Shown in pieces: positions 19,063 to 31,800 of a DNA stretch of 64,000 nt; position 1 is the stretch's first letter; each line of letters opens with the position of its first letter. The translations under genes were made by a program, and so were the position numbers. The stretch is from UHGV virus genome UHGV-1368455, one strand, 5' to 3'. The notes beneath the pieces were generated by a model. That model was given only the letters and a program-made list of their open reading frames with translations, did not search any database and was not told the DNA's origin. This stretch comes from a virus.

Positions 19063-22000
19063 ATGCCTAATAATGTAATTACAGGAAATTCTTTCGTAGA
19101 TAAAATACGTCCTTATATTCCTAATCCCGAATATAATCCTAAAACCAAGAAAGGTCGTGTTCAACCTCCTATTCTTGTTGATAGTTCTGCTCCAGCTATT
19201 AATGATAACTTTATGTCAAGAACTATGAATAGTGTTAATAGACTTACTTTTACTGGAAGAGAACTTGGTTTTACTAATGAAGAAATAGAGAGTGATGCCG
19301 ATTTAGGCATTACTCTTTCTCCGTATAATACTGTAGATGAACTTAATAAAGCAAGAGCAGATAGTCAATCTGCTCTTTCTCAGTTTGGTAACTTTCTTGC
19401 TCAAGCTGGTTTAGGTGAAGTTCTTGTTGGTACTATGGAAGGATTTGGTAATATCTTTGATGGAGCCAAACAATTTGTTACTGGAGACAATTATGAATCT
19501 TCTGCATGGACTCGTTTTTGGGAAGATATACATAATGATATTAAAGATAAATTTAAGATTTATCGTGAGAACCCTAACGCTGATTGGGACTTGTCTGACT
19601 TTGGTTGGTGGATGGATAATGCTGTCAGTGTTGCTACTACTGCTTCACTTATGATACCTGCTGCTGGTTGGGCAAGAGGTATTTCTATGCTTGGTCGTAT
19701 AGGTAAAATAGGAAAAGGAATTAATGCTGTAACTCGTTGGGCAAGTAAAGGTCTTAGTAATTGGAGCAAAGCCGCAAGAACTGGTAATAAGTATGCTCAA
19801 ATAAGAGCTGCAGCTTCTATTAATAAAACAATTAATAATGCCGCTGAAATAACTGGTACTGCTCTTCTTAGTAGAACAGGTGAAAACTATATGGAAGGTC
19901 GTCAAGTTTATGATGAAGTTTATACTAATAGTAAAGAGAATCTTGATAATATGCCAGATACTGAATTTCAGAAGTTTCTTGCTCGTCATCCTGAATTTAG
20001 AAACCAATCTAAAGATGACATTGCCAAAGAAATAGCTCGTCAATCTGCTAACGAAACTTTTTATAATGATTATTGGATGTTACTTATGGATATTCCTCAG
20101 TTCAAAGCTCTTGGTAGTTTATGGGGAAAACCTATGCAACGTGCTTCTAAAGCGTCTGAACGTATTGCTGCTGAAAATGTTAGACGTACTCTCGCTGGTA
20201 AAAAAGCTGAAGACCTTATAAAAAATAATCTTCTTAATAGAACAAAAGAAGGTTTCAAATATGCTTTCAAACATCCTACTAAAAGTGCTGTCATTACTCA
20301 ACTTGGTGAAGGCTTTGAAGAAATGTATCAAGGTATTCAAAGCGAAAAAGGAATGGAAGTTGCTACTAAATATTTTGACCCATCTTTTACTCCTCGTTCT
20401 CTTACTTCTTATTTTACTGACGGCAGTATATGGGAACAAGGATTTTGGGGTTGGATTGGTGGTATGGCTTTTACTCCTGCCGGACAAGCAATTCAAAAAG
20501 GCTCTCATGCTATTAAAGGTTTATATAATAAAAAACACATGACTGCCGAAGAATATGAACAATGGCAACGTGCTAATCGTAATATAGGAGCTGAAAAAAT
20601 TAATAATGTTACTATTACTGCAAAAGAATTTATTGACAATATGAATAAAATTAACGAAGGAAAAAATCCATTTAATTTTGTTGTCAATAAAGATACTGGT
20701 ACTAAGATTATTAAAGATGGTCAATTAGTTGAAGAAACTATTGACGATGAACAAAAAGAATTACTGAAACAAGAAGCTATTGATAAATTTGTAACAGATA
20801 CAGCTTTCGATGCTATTGATAGTGGTGTTTATCCACTTATGCAAGAAATACTTAATAGTTCTGAATTTGACCAATATCTTACTAAAAATGGTGCTACAGT
20901 TAACGGCAATGATAAAGCTATAAGCAAAGAAATTTCTAATCGTATGGAAGCTATTTCTGATATGTATCAGAACGAACTTCGTAACGTCAATAATCTTACC
21001 GATAAAGCAAATCCATTTGCAACCATTGCTGCTGCTCGTAGTTTAGTTAGAACTAAATTACAATTAGAAGATTATGAAAATCAGTTAGGTAATATCGCTG
21101 CTCGAATGGAAGAAGCTAACGATAACCAAACTGATTTTAATCCTTATATTGAACGTAGAAAATATAATTATGCTAAACGTCAATTAGATAATATTGAAAG
21201 ACAAGAACAAATTATTGCTACTCAATATGCCAATAAAGAAATTGGTGCATCTGCTCGTGACCAATATATGAAAGAACTTGATGCACAAAGAAAAGTATGG
21301 CAAGATTATATTATGAATAATACTTCTAAAGGTGCGATAGAAGAAACTATGAGAACTATTCAGGAAGATGAGAGTATTCCTGATAATATGAAAAAAGATT
21401 TTTATACTATTATGAGAAACTTGGATAAACAAATTGCTTCTGCTACTGAAGTGTCTATTCCAAGTGATACTATTAAAGAACTAATAGATGAAGAAATAAC
21501 TATTGAATCAAGACGTAATTATACGCAAGCTCAACTGCCATTAGATGAAGCTGATTATAAAAATGTTTATAATGAGTTTGCAATGGCTATGGACCAAATG
21601 TATCGTAAACGTATTGATGGAGATATTGATACTGTTAAAAATTATCTTAATAATGCTAAAGATTTAGATGAGGCTATTAATAATGTTCTATCTGAAAATA
21701 CAGGTATTAGTAAAGTCGATAACGCTCTTAAATCTATTCGTTATGGTTATTTTAATCAAAACAAAGATATGAGAGGTCAAATTACTAATAATCTTCAAAT
21801 GGAACTTATTATTGAAGAAGCTCGTAAAAATCGTAAAAAAGCTGAAAATTTACAAGCTGAAGCTGAACAAAGTGGTACTGTTCTTCCTGAAAGCGAAGCT
21901 GGTCAACAACAAGAGCAAGAAGAAGCTGCTATTAATCAACAAGAAACACAAGATGAGAATGGTAATCCCTCTACGGGGGAGGTTGAGCAAACAACAACAG

Positions 22001-25000
22001 CAAATACTGACACAACTATTGCAACAGATAATACTAATCTTGAACGTGCAGAATCTCAACAAGCACAAGCAACTGTTGGTGCTCCAGAGCAAGAAGTTGA
22101 AACTCGTCAAACAGGACATGAACATGATGTTAATCCTATGCAAGTTGATGTTGCACAAGATGAAGCAGAAGTACAACGCAAACTTGCTCAAACAATAGAT
22201 GCTAATTCTCTTAGAGCTGAACTTGCTGCTCGTAAATATGTTATGCAAATAGGTTTTAAAGAAGGTGCTAAACTTGATGCTATTACACAAGCTTTACAAA
22301 ATAAAGACGAAAGTAAACTTGCAGAGTTTATTCAAGAAATTACTGATTTCCTTACTAAACAAGGTTTTGATGATGATATTTCTAAAATAATGGCGCAACG
22401 TGCTCTTGTTAGTACTATAAATATGTATGGCGCTATGAATGAAAAAAGTGCATTTGGAAGACTTGCGACTCAATTAGCAATTGGTCTTAATGAAGCTGCT
22501 GCAAAAAAATATAGTGCTACTGAACTCATTAACGGAAAAGGTCTCGATGAAGTAGTTGATGCCTTTATGGAAGAGTTTGTTAAGGTTACTAATAATCTCA
22601 AACTTAGTAATGGCAAATATATTATTAATCTTAAAACATTATTTAATTATCTTATTCATAATGAAAGTATTGATGGCAAGACTGCTGTTCAAATTTATAA
22701 TAATCTTAATGAATATATAGCTTCGTCAGTTAATACTAAATATATATTTACAGGTTATGATACTAAACGCGGTCTTTATCAAACTGGTGAAGAGTTCATT
22801 CATCAAGTTGAAGAACAACGCAAACAAGAGATTTCTTCTCGCAATCAAATGCACATTCATCTTATTGAACCTGAACAAAGAAATAAAGAGTTCAATGATG
22901 CAATGCTTGCTGCTGCCAACGGCGCCCCATCGCATATTGAAGAACAAAGAAATAAAGCAGGCGAACTTACTAACTTAAATGTTATTGTTGATTGGGAAAA
23001 GAATGGTAAGAAAAAATCTACCAAAATAGGTATTCTTCGTACTGTTCATTATTCACAAGATGCTCGTAAGATATATCCTAATTCTCATTATAGCGGCTTC
23101 AGAAATGAAATTACAAGAAATGATGATGGTACTGTAAGTCTTGATTGTGATAATCTTTTCTATGCTATTTGTGATGCAACTACTACTGATGGATTTAATC
23201 TTCGTAATGCTATTGCTGATTATTTTGAAAAACGTTTAGCTTTACTTCAAGATGAAAGTCTTACTCCTGCCGGATTAAATAAAGCTCTTAATGCTCTTAT
23301 TACTCCTGAATTTATCAGTAGTATTGTAGATAATCCGCTTATTGAAGAACTTATTAATCAAGGTAGATATAAACCTTATGTTGAAGCTGAAGATATAGAA
23401 GATATACATGACGACGAGAAGAGTATGCGACGTCTTACTGCTATTCGTCTTGCCGAAGATATTTCTAAAGTACTTTTCTATGCTGATGGTTATGCTGAAA
23501 ATAATGTAGCTTCTGAAGTTAACGATTTCGCTGTTGATAGTTATACACTTCGCGAACGTTATAAAACATGGAAAGATAAAGTATATGATAATTATACTCA
23601 TACTTATGAACTTCAAAAAGCTATAAATAATAATGAAAATAAAAGTGCAACTATTAATGTTAATGTAGGTTTTGTTACTCGATTAAATGAAGCTCCAGAA
23701 GATTCTCAACCAAATATTGCCGACCAAGATTTTAATCCTATACCTAATACTGATGGATACACTCCATTTGTTTATTATAGTAATGGAAAACTTGTAGATG
23801 AATATGGTAACGATTATGGTTATGCTCCGTCTGGATTTGGTGATTATTCTATGGGTTTTATTGTTCATACTGATGGAGTTCAATCTTTTATAGCTGCTTG
23901 TAGAACAACTGCTAATGTTAAAAATACTAAAATGCATAAAGCTGTTATTGCCGAAGTAGCTGATATTATTACTGCTCAAATTAATAATATTAATAATTCT
24001 AATCATGCAGATAATTTTAATGTTGTCAAAGAAAGATTAGAAGAACTTTTTGGTCCTGGAGGTCTTTTCTATTTTGGTAATATTAATCTTGTTACTGATT
24101 CTAATGAACGATTTATTACTATACAATATAAACAAGGTAGAGGTAAAGATGCAAAATATACTAATATAACAACATTTCATTCTATTAATAAAGATGGAAT
24201 TACTCCAAGTAATGCCATAACTATATATGATAACGCCGGTAAAGTACTTACTAATATTACTTCTATTAATGCTGAAACTCAAGGAATACTTAATAAACTT
24301 ACTCAAACTTTGACTGATAATTTTGTTATTAATAGAAGTCAAATAGGCATGACCAAACAAACTAAATCTGGTGGTACTCCTCGAATATTTACTTGGAATG
24401 GCGAAAACTTTATTGTTCATCTTGGCGCTAAAGATTATACTTATAAAAATTATGGAGATTTTATTTTTCAAACTGCCGGTTTTACTACCAATCTTGTGAG
24501 TAAAAATGGTAGCTTTGTTACGAGATATATTGATACTCGTCATGTTACTATGGATACTCATATTAATAAAAAACAAAAAATTACTCAAAAAGCTAATACA
24601 GCTGTTTCTGATTATCTTTATAATGAACGTAATCCAAAACGTAAAACAGCCGATACCGAAGAAATACTTAAACGTGCTGGTGTTCCACAAGAAAAAATAG
24701 ATATACTTCTCGGTACTAATAGTAAAATTCCTTTTGTTACTAAACAAATATCTTTATCTAACGTTGATGATGGTAAGACTAATGCTTTTTATAATAAAAA
24801 AGATAAAAAGATATATATAACTCCTCGTGGAGCTTCCGTTATGAATGGTAGTTCTACTAATGCTATTCGTATTATATTACACGAAAATATACATAGATTA
24901 TTTAATAGTAGTAAATATACTAACGCTGAACGTCAACGAATTGTTACAGAACTTGAAGATGTTTATAATTTTGTTAGACAAAAATTTATCGAAGAACATG

Positions 25001-25776
25001 ATAATGGTAAAATTAATGATGCTTTTTTCAATTCTGTAAATAAAGTTCTCGATACTACACAAAGTTATGACAATCAACAAACTCGTATGGAAGAATTTGT
25101 TGTAGAATGTCTCACTCAACCATTATTTACTGAATGGCTTAATAATACTCAATATGATAATGAAAGTAGTGTTCAAGGTATTAAACAAAGCAAAAAATCT
25201 ATACTGCAAAAATTAATGGATATTTTGCTAAATTTATTTGGTATTAAAGACCGAAAAATAAATGATTTTAGTATCTTAGCACGTGAATATGTAATACTTG
25301 GTAAAGGTAATAATCCTACTACTAATAATGATTTATTTAGTCAACATCTGACTACAACATCGACTGCTGCAAATACTGTCGATACAGATAACACAAACTC
25401 CCCCGTAGAGGGACAGCCGGCATCTCCTACTGCTATTGATAATCAACCGCCTGCTATTAACCCTGCTACTGGTGAAAATGTAGAAACTACTACAAATGAT
25501 TATATTCCTATTGATGAAGACGGTGTATTTACTATGCCTGACGATGAAGATTATGACCCTGCTGATGGTCTTAAAGCTGCTACTGATTTGATTGAAAATA
25601 ATGATACTACTGCTGAAATATATTCTGTTCCTATTGCTGATGGTGCTGATATTAGCACATTTGGCGTTCGGACGGTTAACGATATGAGCGATTTTGTTAA
25701 TACGTTCCCGATGCAATATCGTGCCAATATTAAGCAAATACTGGCTTCTAATGAACTTAACTATACTTGTGCTTAG
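19063..25776 (+). CDS. giant virion protein (2237 aa) with HExxH zincin-like motif
   Basis: Uninterrupted 6.7-kb ORF. HENIH at 24880..24894 within ILHENIHRLF. Carries three motif copies (NPSTGEVEQ, NSPVEGQ). Confidence 0.75.
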   Translation: MPNNVITGNSFVDKIRPYIPNPEYNPKTKKGRVQPPILVDSSAPAINDNFMSRTMNSVNRLTFTGRELGFTNEEIESDADLGITLSPYNTVDELNKARADSQSALSQFGNFLAQAGLGEVLVGTMEGFGNIFDGAKQFVTGDNYESSAWTRFWEDIHNDIKDKFKIYRENPNADWDLSDFGWWMDNAVSVATTASLMIPAAGWARGISMLGRIGKIGKGINAVTRWASKGLSNWSKAARTGNKYAQIRAAASINKTINNAAEITGTALLSRTGENYMEGRQVYDEVYTNSKENLDNMPDTEFQKFLARHPEFRNQSKDDIAKEIARQSANETFYNDYWMLLMDIPQFKALGSLWGKPMQRASKASERIAAENVRRTLAGKKAEDLIKNNLLNRTKEGFKYAFKHPTKSAVITQLGEGFEEMYQGIQSEKGMEVATKYFDPSFTPRSLTSYFTDGSIWEQGFWGWIGGMAFTPAGQAIQKGSHAIKGLYNKKHMTAEEYEQWQRANRNIGAEKINNVTITAKEFIDNMNKINEGKNPFNFVVNKDTGTKIIKDGQLVEETIDDEQKELLKQEAIDKFVTDTAFDAIDSGVYPLMQEILNSSEFDQYLTKNGATVNGNDKAISKEISNRMEAISDMYQNELRNVNNLTDKANPFATIAAARSLVRTKLQLEDYENQLGNIAARMEEANDNQTDFNPYIERRKYNYAKRQLDNIERQEQIIATQYANKEIGASARDQYMKELDAQRKVWQDYIMNNTSKGAIEETMRTIQEDESIPDNMKKDFYTIMRNLDKQIASATEVSIPSDTIKELIDEEITIESRRNYTQAQLPLDEADYKNVYNEFAMAMDQMYRKRIDGDIDTVKNYLNNAKDLDEAINNVLSENTGISKVDNALKSIRYGYFNQNKDMRGQITNNLQMELIIEEARKNRKKAENLQAEAEQSGTVLPESEAGQQQEQEEAAINQQETQDENGNPSTGEVEQTTTANTDTTIATDNTNLERAESQQAQATVGAPEQEVETRQTGHEHDVNPMQVDVAQDEAEVQRKLAQTIDANSLRAELAARKYVMQIGFKEGAKLDAITQALQNKDESKLAEFIQEITDFLTKQGFDDDISKIMAQRALVSTINMYGAMNEKSAFGRLATQLAIGLNEAAAKKYSATELINGKGLDEVVDAFMEEFVKVTNNLKLSNGKYIINLKTLFNYLIHNESIDGKTAVQIYNNLNEYIASSVNTKYIFTGYDTKRGLYQTGEEFIHQVEEQRKQEISSRNQMHIHLIEPEQRNKEFNDAMLAAANGAPSHIEEQRNKAGELTNLNVIVDWEKNGKKKSTKIGILRTVHYSQDARKIYPNSHYSGFRNEITRNDDGTVSLDCDNLFYAICDATTTDGFNLRNAIADYFEKRLALLQDESLTPAGLNKALNALITPEFISSIVDNPLIEELINQGRYKPYVEAEDIEDIHDDEKSMRRLTAIRLAEDISKVLFYADGYAENNVASEVNDFAVDSYTLRERYKTWKDKVYDNYTHTYELQKAINNNENKSATINVNVGFVTRLNEAPEDSQPNIADQDFNPIPNTDGYTPFVYYSNGKLVDEYGNDYGYAPSGFGDYSMGFIVHTDGVQSFIAACRTTANVKNTKMHKAVIAEVADIITAQINNINNSNHADNFNVVKERLEELFGPGGLFYFGNINLVTDSNERFITIQYKQGRGKDAKYTNITTFHSINKDGITPSNAITIYDNAGKVLTNITSINAETQGILNKLTQTLTDNFVINRSQIGMTKQTKSGGTPRIFTWNGENFIVHLGAKDYTYKNYGDFIFQTAGFTTNLVSKNGSFVTRYIDTRHVTMDTHINKKQKITQKANTAVSDYLYNERNPKRKTADTEEILKRAGVPQEKIDILLGTNSKIPFVTKQISLSNVDDGKTNAFYNKKDKKIYITPRGASVMNGSSTNAIRIILHENIHRLFNSSKYTNAERQRIVTELEDVYNFVRQKFIEEHDNGKINDAFFNSVNKVLDTTQSYDNQQTRMEEFVVECLTQPLFTEWLNNTQYDNESSVQGIKQSKKSILQKLMDILLNLFGIKDRKINDFSILAREYVILGKGNNPTTNNDLFSQHLTTTSTAANTVDTDNTNSPVEGQPASPTAIDNQPPAINPATGENVETTTNDYIPIDEDGVFTMPDDEDYDPADGLKAATDLIENNDTTAEIYSVPIADGADISTFGVRTVNDMSDFVNTFPMQYRANIKQILASNELNYTCA
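21964..21988 (-). repeat. motif copy 5, reverse orientation, near-identical 25-mer to copy 2
   Basis: Inside CDS 19063..25776, translated NPSTGEVEQ. Confidence 0.9.
25396..25414 (+). repeat. motif copy 6 (AACTCCCCCGTAGAGGGACA)
   Basis: Inside CDS 19063..25776, translated NSPVEGQ; shares 20 nt with copy 1. Confidence 0.9.
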
Positions 25777-25807
25777 TGATTAATCAACTATATATACTAA
25801 ATGGATT

Positions 25808-28800
25808 GTGGGGCTAATAACAGCTTTCACAATCCATAATATTTTTTCAAAACAACAAATTCAAACTATTGTTCATTATAGTGATGAATCTTATAACGGA
25901 GATAGTAATATGAATTGTACAATTAATGACCTTAATTTATCATTTGATAAAGATAATCGGCTTCGTACCACAATTGGACGTGTGGCTGGTTGGAGTGTTG
26001 ATAAGGCTTATGTCCTTGCAAGTTTTCTTCAAGATGAAAGTTTTAAGAAGTATCTTTCTAAAATGCTTACAGATAAAGATATTATAGGAGGTGCTGCTAT
26101 TGACTTGAAGAATATAACCGATAACGATTATATAAATATTAATCAGAATAAACTTGGTAGTCTGCTTAATGTTTATTATATTGACCATTATCATAGTGTA
26201 AATAATAGTAAAACTAATAAAGCTCTTGGTAGACTCAATGGCTTTAGTAGTGGTACAGCTAAAACTGTGGGCTTAAATTATACAGCCGACCGTATTATTG
26301 ATAAATACTATGACGAATTTGGTAAAGCTAAACCTAAAAAATCACAAGAAATAATTGCTGAAGTTATTAATGATATTGAGCATGAACTTTATAAGCAAGT
26401 TAATTTATTTGCAAATAATGTTATTAGTAGCGATAAATATTCTAAAGCAGCTCGTGATTATGCTCAAAAATTTATAGATATTATTAAACGTATTGAAGAA
26501 AATAATAATAAAATAAAAGAAACTACTATTTTCGCCAATGCTAATAAAAATCAACTTCGTCAATATAATGGTAAAAAAGTTACTGAAGAAGAAAAATCTA
26601 TAATTAAACGACTTACCGATATTGATAAACAATATAAAGAAGAACTCGCTTCGCTTGGTAAAGATAATGCTCGCGCCGCGTTAGACCGTTATGTTATTGC
26701 ACAAAACTTAGTTAATCTTTATGCAAACAATGTTGATGGTGCTTTGAATAAACGTCTTCGTAACTTTGCTAATCTTGTTGCTCAAATGAAAGGAGATACA
26801 AATGGTTGGTTCTTTCAAGTTATGAATACTAAACGTATGACTTCTATTGTTAAAGAATTTAATAATATTGGTGACATAGAAGAATATATTGAACAACAAG
26901 ACGAAAATAATGACAATATTATTGATAAATATAATGGTCAAGATGTAGACCAAACTACTAAATCTTGGGAAGATAGTCTTTATAAATCTTTTAATTCTGC
27001 CATTAGCGGAAAGATGAGAATTATACTTTCTCGTGTTCCTAAACTTTCTTCTCCTTTTAATCCTACTGCTGAAATACAATCGCTTGATACAGAAAATGAA
27101 CTTGGAGTTAAAACCTATATGGATGCTCAATTTATTACTGTTCAAATGTTTAGCTTTGGTGATTTCAGTGATATTGAATCTATGGTTAGAAGCATTGAAC
27201 GTAGAGCCAATACTGTTGAAGAACTTTATGGTATTGGAATGCTTGTTAATCAAATGAAACAAGATAAAGTTTTTGCTAATTATATGTATGCCAATTTCGC
27301 TAAACCTCTTGTTAATAAAACAATGTGTGTTATTAGCGATTTAACTAAAGAAAGTGGTATTACTTTTAATTATAGTAATGCTAATGCTTTCTATTCTACT
27401 AAAATGGCATTTGATATGATGAATAAACTTCGTGCTTCTTATAATACTCAATATGATATTAACGATTATAAAACTATTCAAGCCCTTGGTAATAAACTTC
27501 GCAATCCTAAACTACCAATAGAATTTGATGATACTGAAATTATTTACAATACTTTACTTAAATATTTTCCTAATATTAAACGTGAAGTTTATGATAATTT
27601 TTTACGTGGAATTAAAGATGATAAACGCAATGCTTTAATTAATTTTACTCAAAATCTTATAGCTATTATTAATGGCGCTGGTGCTCTTAAAACTAAAATT
27701 AACACTGCTATTGAAGAATCTAATAGAAAATATAATAATGCTAAGAAAAAGTTTAATCAAGATTATAATGCCTATTTGGAAGCTGGAGATACTCAAGCTG
27801 TTAAGCAAATGAAGTATCCAACTTATCAAGGAGTTGATTATACTGAATATGATTTAGACCCTAATACTCTTAAAGCTGTTATTAGACTTGCAGAAAATCT
27901 TTCAGATTATTCTGCTTCTAAAGCTCGTCTTAATACTGCTAACGCTGAGGGCAATACTGCTTCTGATGTAACTAAAAACTGTTATATAACACGTTTCTTT
28001 GAACAAATTAATGCTGGTACAGAAGAAGATTCTAATGCTGGCCTTCATGCTTTATTAGATTATATAACACAAGGTACTGAAAATGGTAAAGAAAATCAAT
28101 ATTCTAATAATCCTCTTTTCTTTGGTGTTAAAGATGAAAATGGAAGAGTAATTATACCTGGCATGTTTACTCGTGTCGGAGATATATTTAATATTAATAA
28201 AAACGCTAAAGAAATACTTAATTATAGTCTATTTGACGGTACAAAGAATACTCAAAGCGGAAATGGTAGTGGATATGCTTCTATGTCTAAACTTGATTTC
28301 TTTGTTACTCAATATATAGCTTATGCTAATAGCGTTGGAGATATTAATGAGAATGGTATAAATAAGAAAATAGGTAATCTTGACAGTTCTGTTTATGCTA
28401 TGCGTATTGGCAGTGATGCACCTAAAATTTATATGATACGCGCTCCTCGTTATAATTATCGCCAACTTCAATATGCTTTCTATAATCATCTTATGGATGA
28501 ACTTAATATGTATGTTAATAGTCTTAATAAGATATTTAGAAAGAATAATGCTGGAGAATATAAACTTATTACTACTACTAATGGTCTTTATGGTAGAGCA
28601 TTCTTTGATGAAGGTGCTGCTGATAATCTTCGTAAAGACGGAAAGAAAGATATGTCTAAAGCATTTGTTGAAGAAAATAATGGTAGACTTCAACTTGCTG
28701 GTAAAATGTTTAAGTTTCTACGTCTATTTGATGCTAATGGACATAGTGCAGCAACAGATATTGAAACTGTACTATCTCTCTACGGGGGAGTTGATGCGAA

Positions 28801-31800
28801 TGCAACGTCGTTATTTATCAAAGACGGCAGAACTAAACTTAAACTTAATAAAGATTATATTAATAGTGAAAATGGTTTTATTAAAGAATTAACTGATGAA
28901 CAAGGTACTCGTTTTGTACTTGATTTAGGTGCTACTCAAAAGAAAGCTCTTTTGAACATTGTCGATAATTGGATGAAAGATGTTCTTCAAGAATCTACTG
29001 CGAGAACAAGTGATTTCGTTCAAGCTATGGAACATAATAATATTCAATATACTCAACCTATGATTCAAAGTTTTATTCTTAACGCTTTGAATATGAATAT
29101 GAATTATGATGATATGTTTGAAGGAGATTTTAAGTTTTATAATAATGCTCGTGATTTCCTTAAACGTACAAAAGAAAGTCAAGCTGGAGGAGATGGTTGT
29201 AGCGGTTATAGATTAACGGAACTCCCCCGTAGAGGGATAACTGAGAATACTTATTTTGGCGAGCCTGAAATTATAAATGTTAAGACTGCTAAAAATACAG
29301 AAGCTGGGACTTATATTGTTCCTACTTATGATAATGGTAGTATTGTTAACAAGCCTATGACTGCTCGTAATGGTTTTAGAGCTGTTACTATTCATAATAC
29401 TATTAAACCTTCTGATGTTGCTATGGACTTGCAAGAAACTCTTGAAGAGGAATTTATTTCTCAAGGTATGAGTAAAGAGGACGCTCATGCACGTTCAGTT
29501 AAAATCGCTGGAGGTTATTTTGCTCAAACAAAAGTTAATGATGCGCAGTCATTTATTACTCTTGAAGAATTTATACGTCGTAAATATGCTGATGGTACTA
29601 TTGGCAATTATCAAGATTTAATTGCTCAACTTCTTGACCCGAATGTTAAAGCTGAAGATATTGATGTAGACGCTGTTAATGCTCGTATTCAAGTTCAAAA
29701 GAACTTCTATTTTGATAAGCAATTCGACCCTTATACTGGAACTTTTGTTCCTCGTCAAATTAAAAACGCTGAATTTGTACTTATTCCTAAATTGCTTCCA
29801 CAAGATAGCGATTTAATAAAAGTTTATGAGTGGATGCGTGCTAATGATATTGGACAGCTTAATACAGCTGAAACTGATAAAGCCGCTAAGAAAAATATAT
29901 TTACTATATGGAGTGAAGATACAGGTGAATTTATTGACCCTCGAAATAATAAAAAATTTAGAGAAGATTATATTCAAAATTATTATTATCAATATCTTTA
30001 TAAACAACAAGATGTTCCTCAACACATGATTAATGAGGAAAATAAACTTGGAGCACAAATTCAAAAGAAGATTATTGATAATGTTTCTACTGCATCTAAA
30101 CAAGTTCAAGATTGGGCTAATGAATATCAAGAAGCTCTTGTTGAAAATATTAGAGAAGATTATATTAGATTTCTTGATAGAATGGGATGGGAATATGATT
30201 CTGAATCTGGTCATATTGTCAACAGCGAATATGCTACAAAAGATGCAAATGGCAATCCTCTTCCTGCCGAAGTTATTAAATCGAATAGAGAAACATTAAA
30301 TCTTACTGATTTTTATACTCGTGCTCGTGAAGAAGCCGCTCGTTTAGGTATGGATAGTAATTTTATAGAATATCTTATTCCCAACGAATTTGGTGTTACT
30401 ACTATGCCTAACTTAATGAATAATGTTGCTTCTAAACTTGAAAGTGTAGCACAAGCTTTATTTAATAGAACTGTTACTCGTCAAACTATGCCTGGATGGC
30501 ATGCTGCTCAAGTTACTGATGTTGGTTATAGTCGTCGTCTTCTTAAATTTGACCCTAAAACTGGCGTTATGGAAGTTTATCTTCCTCGTTGGAGTAATCT
30601 TCTTCCTAAACCTAAAAATGCTGAAGAAGAAAAGAAACTTCTTGAACAAATAGCTAAAGAAGGACTTGATATACATCTCGGTTATCGTATTCCTACTGAA
30701 GGTAAACAATCTATATCTGTTCTTAGAGTAGTAGGTTTTACTAACGATGCGCTTGGTTCTACAATAATTGTTCCAGAAGAATGGGTTACTCAAACTGGTT
30801 CTGACTTTGACGTTGATAGTATATATGGTATTAGTTATGAAATATATGCTAAGAAAGATAAGAAAGGTAACATAACTGTTTATAAAATACCTTGTGAAGA
30901 AGATAAAGTAGATAACGACAATCTATATATTAACTATGTAAACTCTCGTCTTGAAGATAAAGTTAAACGTAGCGATATAGGTGAAGAAATTGAATCTCGT
31001 ATTAAAGAACTTCGCGATAGTCTTAAAGCTCAAATTGGAGATAAACTTAATTCTAATAACGCTGCATTTGTTGCAGTTGATACTCAACGAAATGAATTAT
31101 TTAATAAACTTCCTGCTTGGGCACGTGGTATTATAGTTAATGAGCAAACAAAAGCTAAACGTGTTGCTAAGAAAGATAAAGTAAGTGTTGATTTGCGTGG
31201 TGAATATCAAGTGATTAATAAATTGTTTGATGAACAACTTACTAAACGTAACTTAGATGATGCTACTGCCGATATTATTAAACAATATATGGACTATCAA
31301 ACTTCGTTGATTAATATAATGAACGAACAAGATGGTATTACTACTTTTGATAAAGACGAATATATTAGTTCTAAAAAAGATATAATTGCTACTGCTGTTG
31401 AGAATGCTCGAAAAGAACAAGTTAAACTTTGCGAAAGTAAAGCTAATGAAGTCGGGTTAATGAGTTATGACGACTTTATTAAACAACCTCTTATTAAACG
31501 TCTTTCTCGTAAAGCTCGCAATAATTATATTCTTGATAGAATGATTAATATTATGAACGATAGAAGTTCTCGTGAAGAACAGTATGGTCGTTCACAATTT
31601 GAAGGTATTGCTGGTGAAGAAACTTCTGCTAATGATATTATTAATAAAATAAGTGGTCAATCTAAACGTAGTTATAGTCCTTATAATCCTCTTGACCAAC
31701 TCGATTACTTTGAAGATGCAATGGGGGGCGCTCGTCTTAAAGCTCTTTCTGTAAATTGGGATACATTTGTTAGTAAATGTAATAGAACTCATCCAATTCT

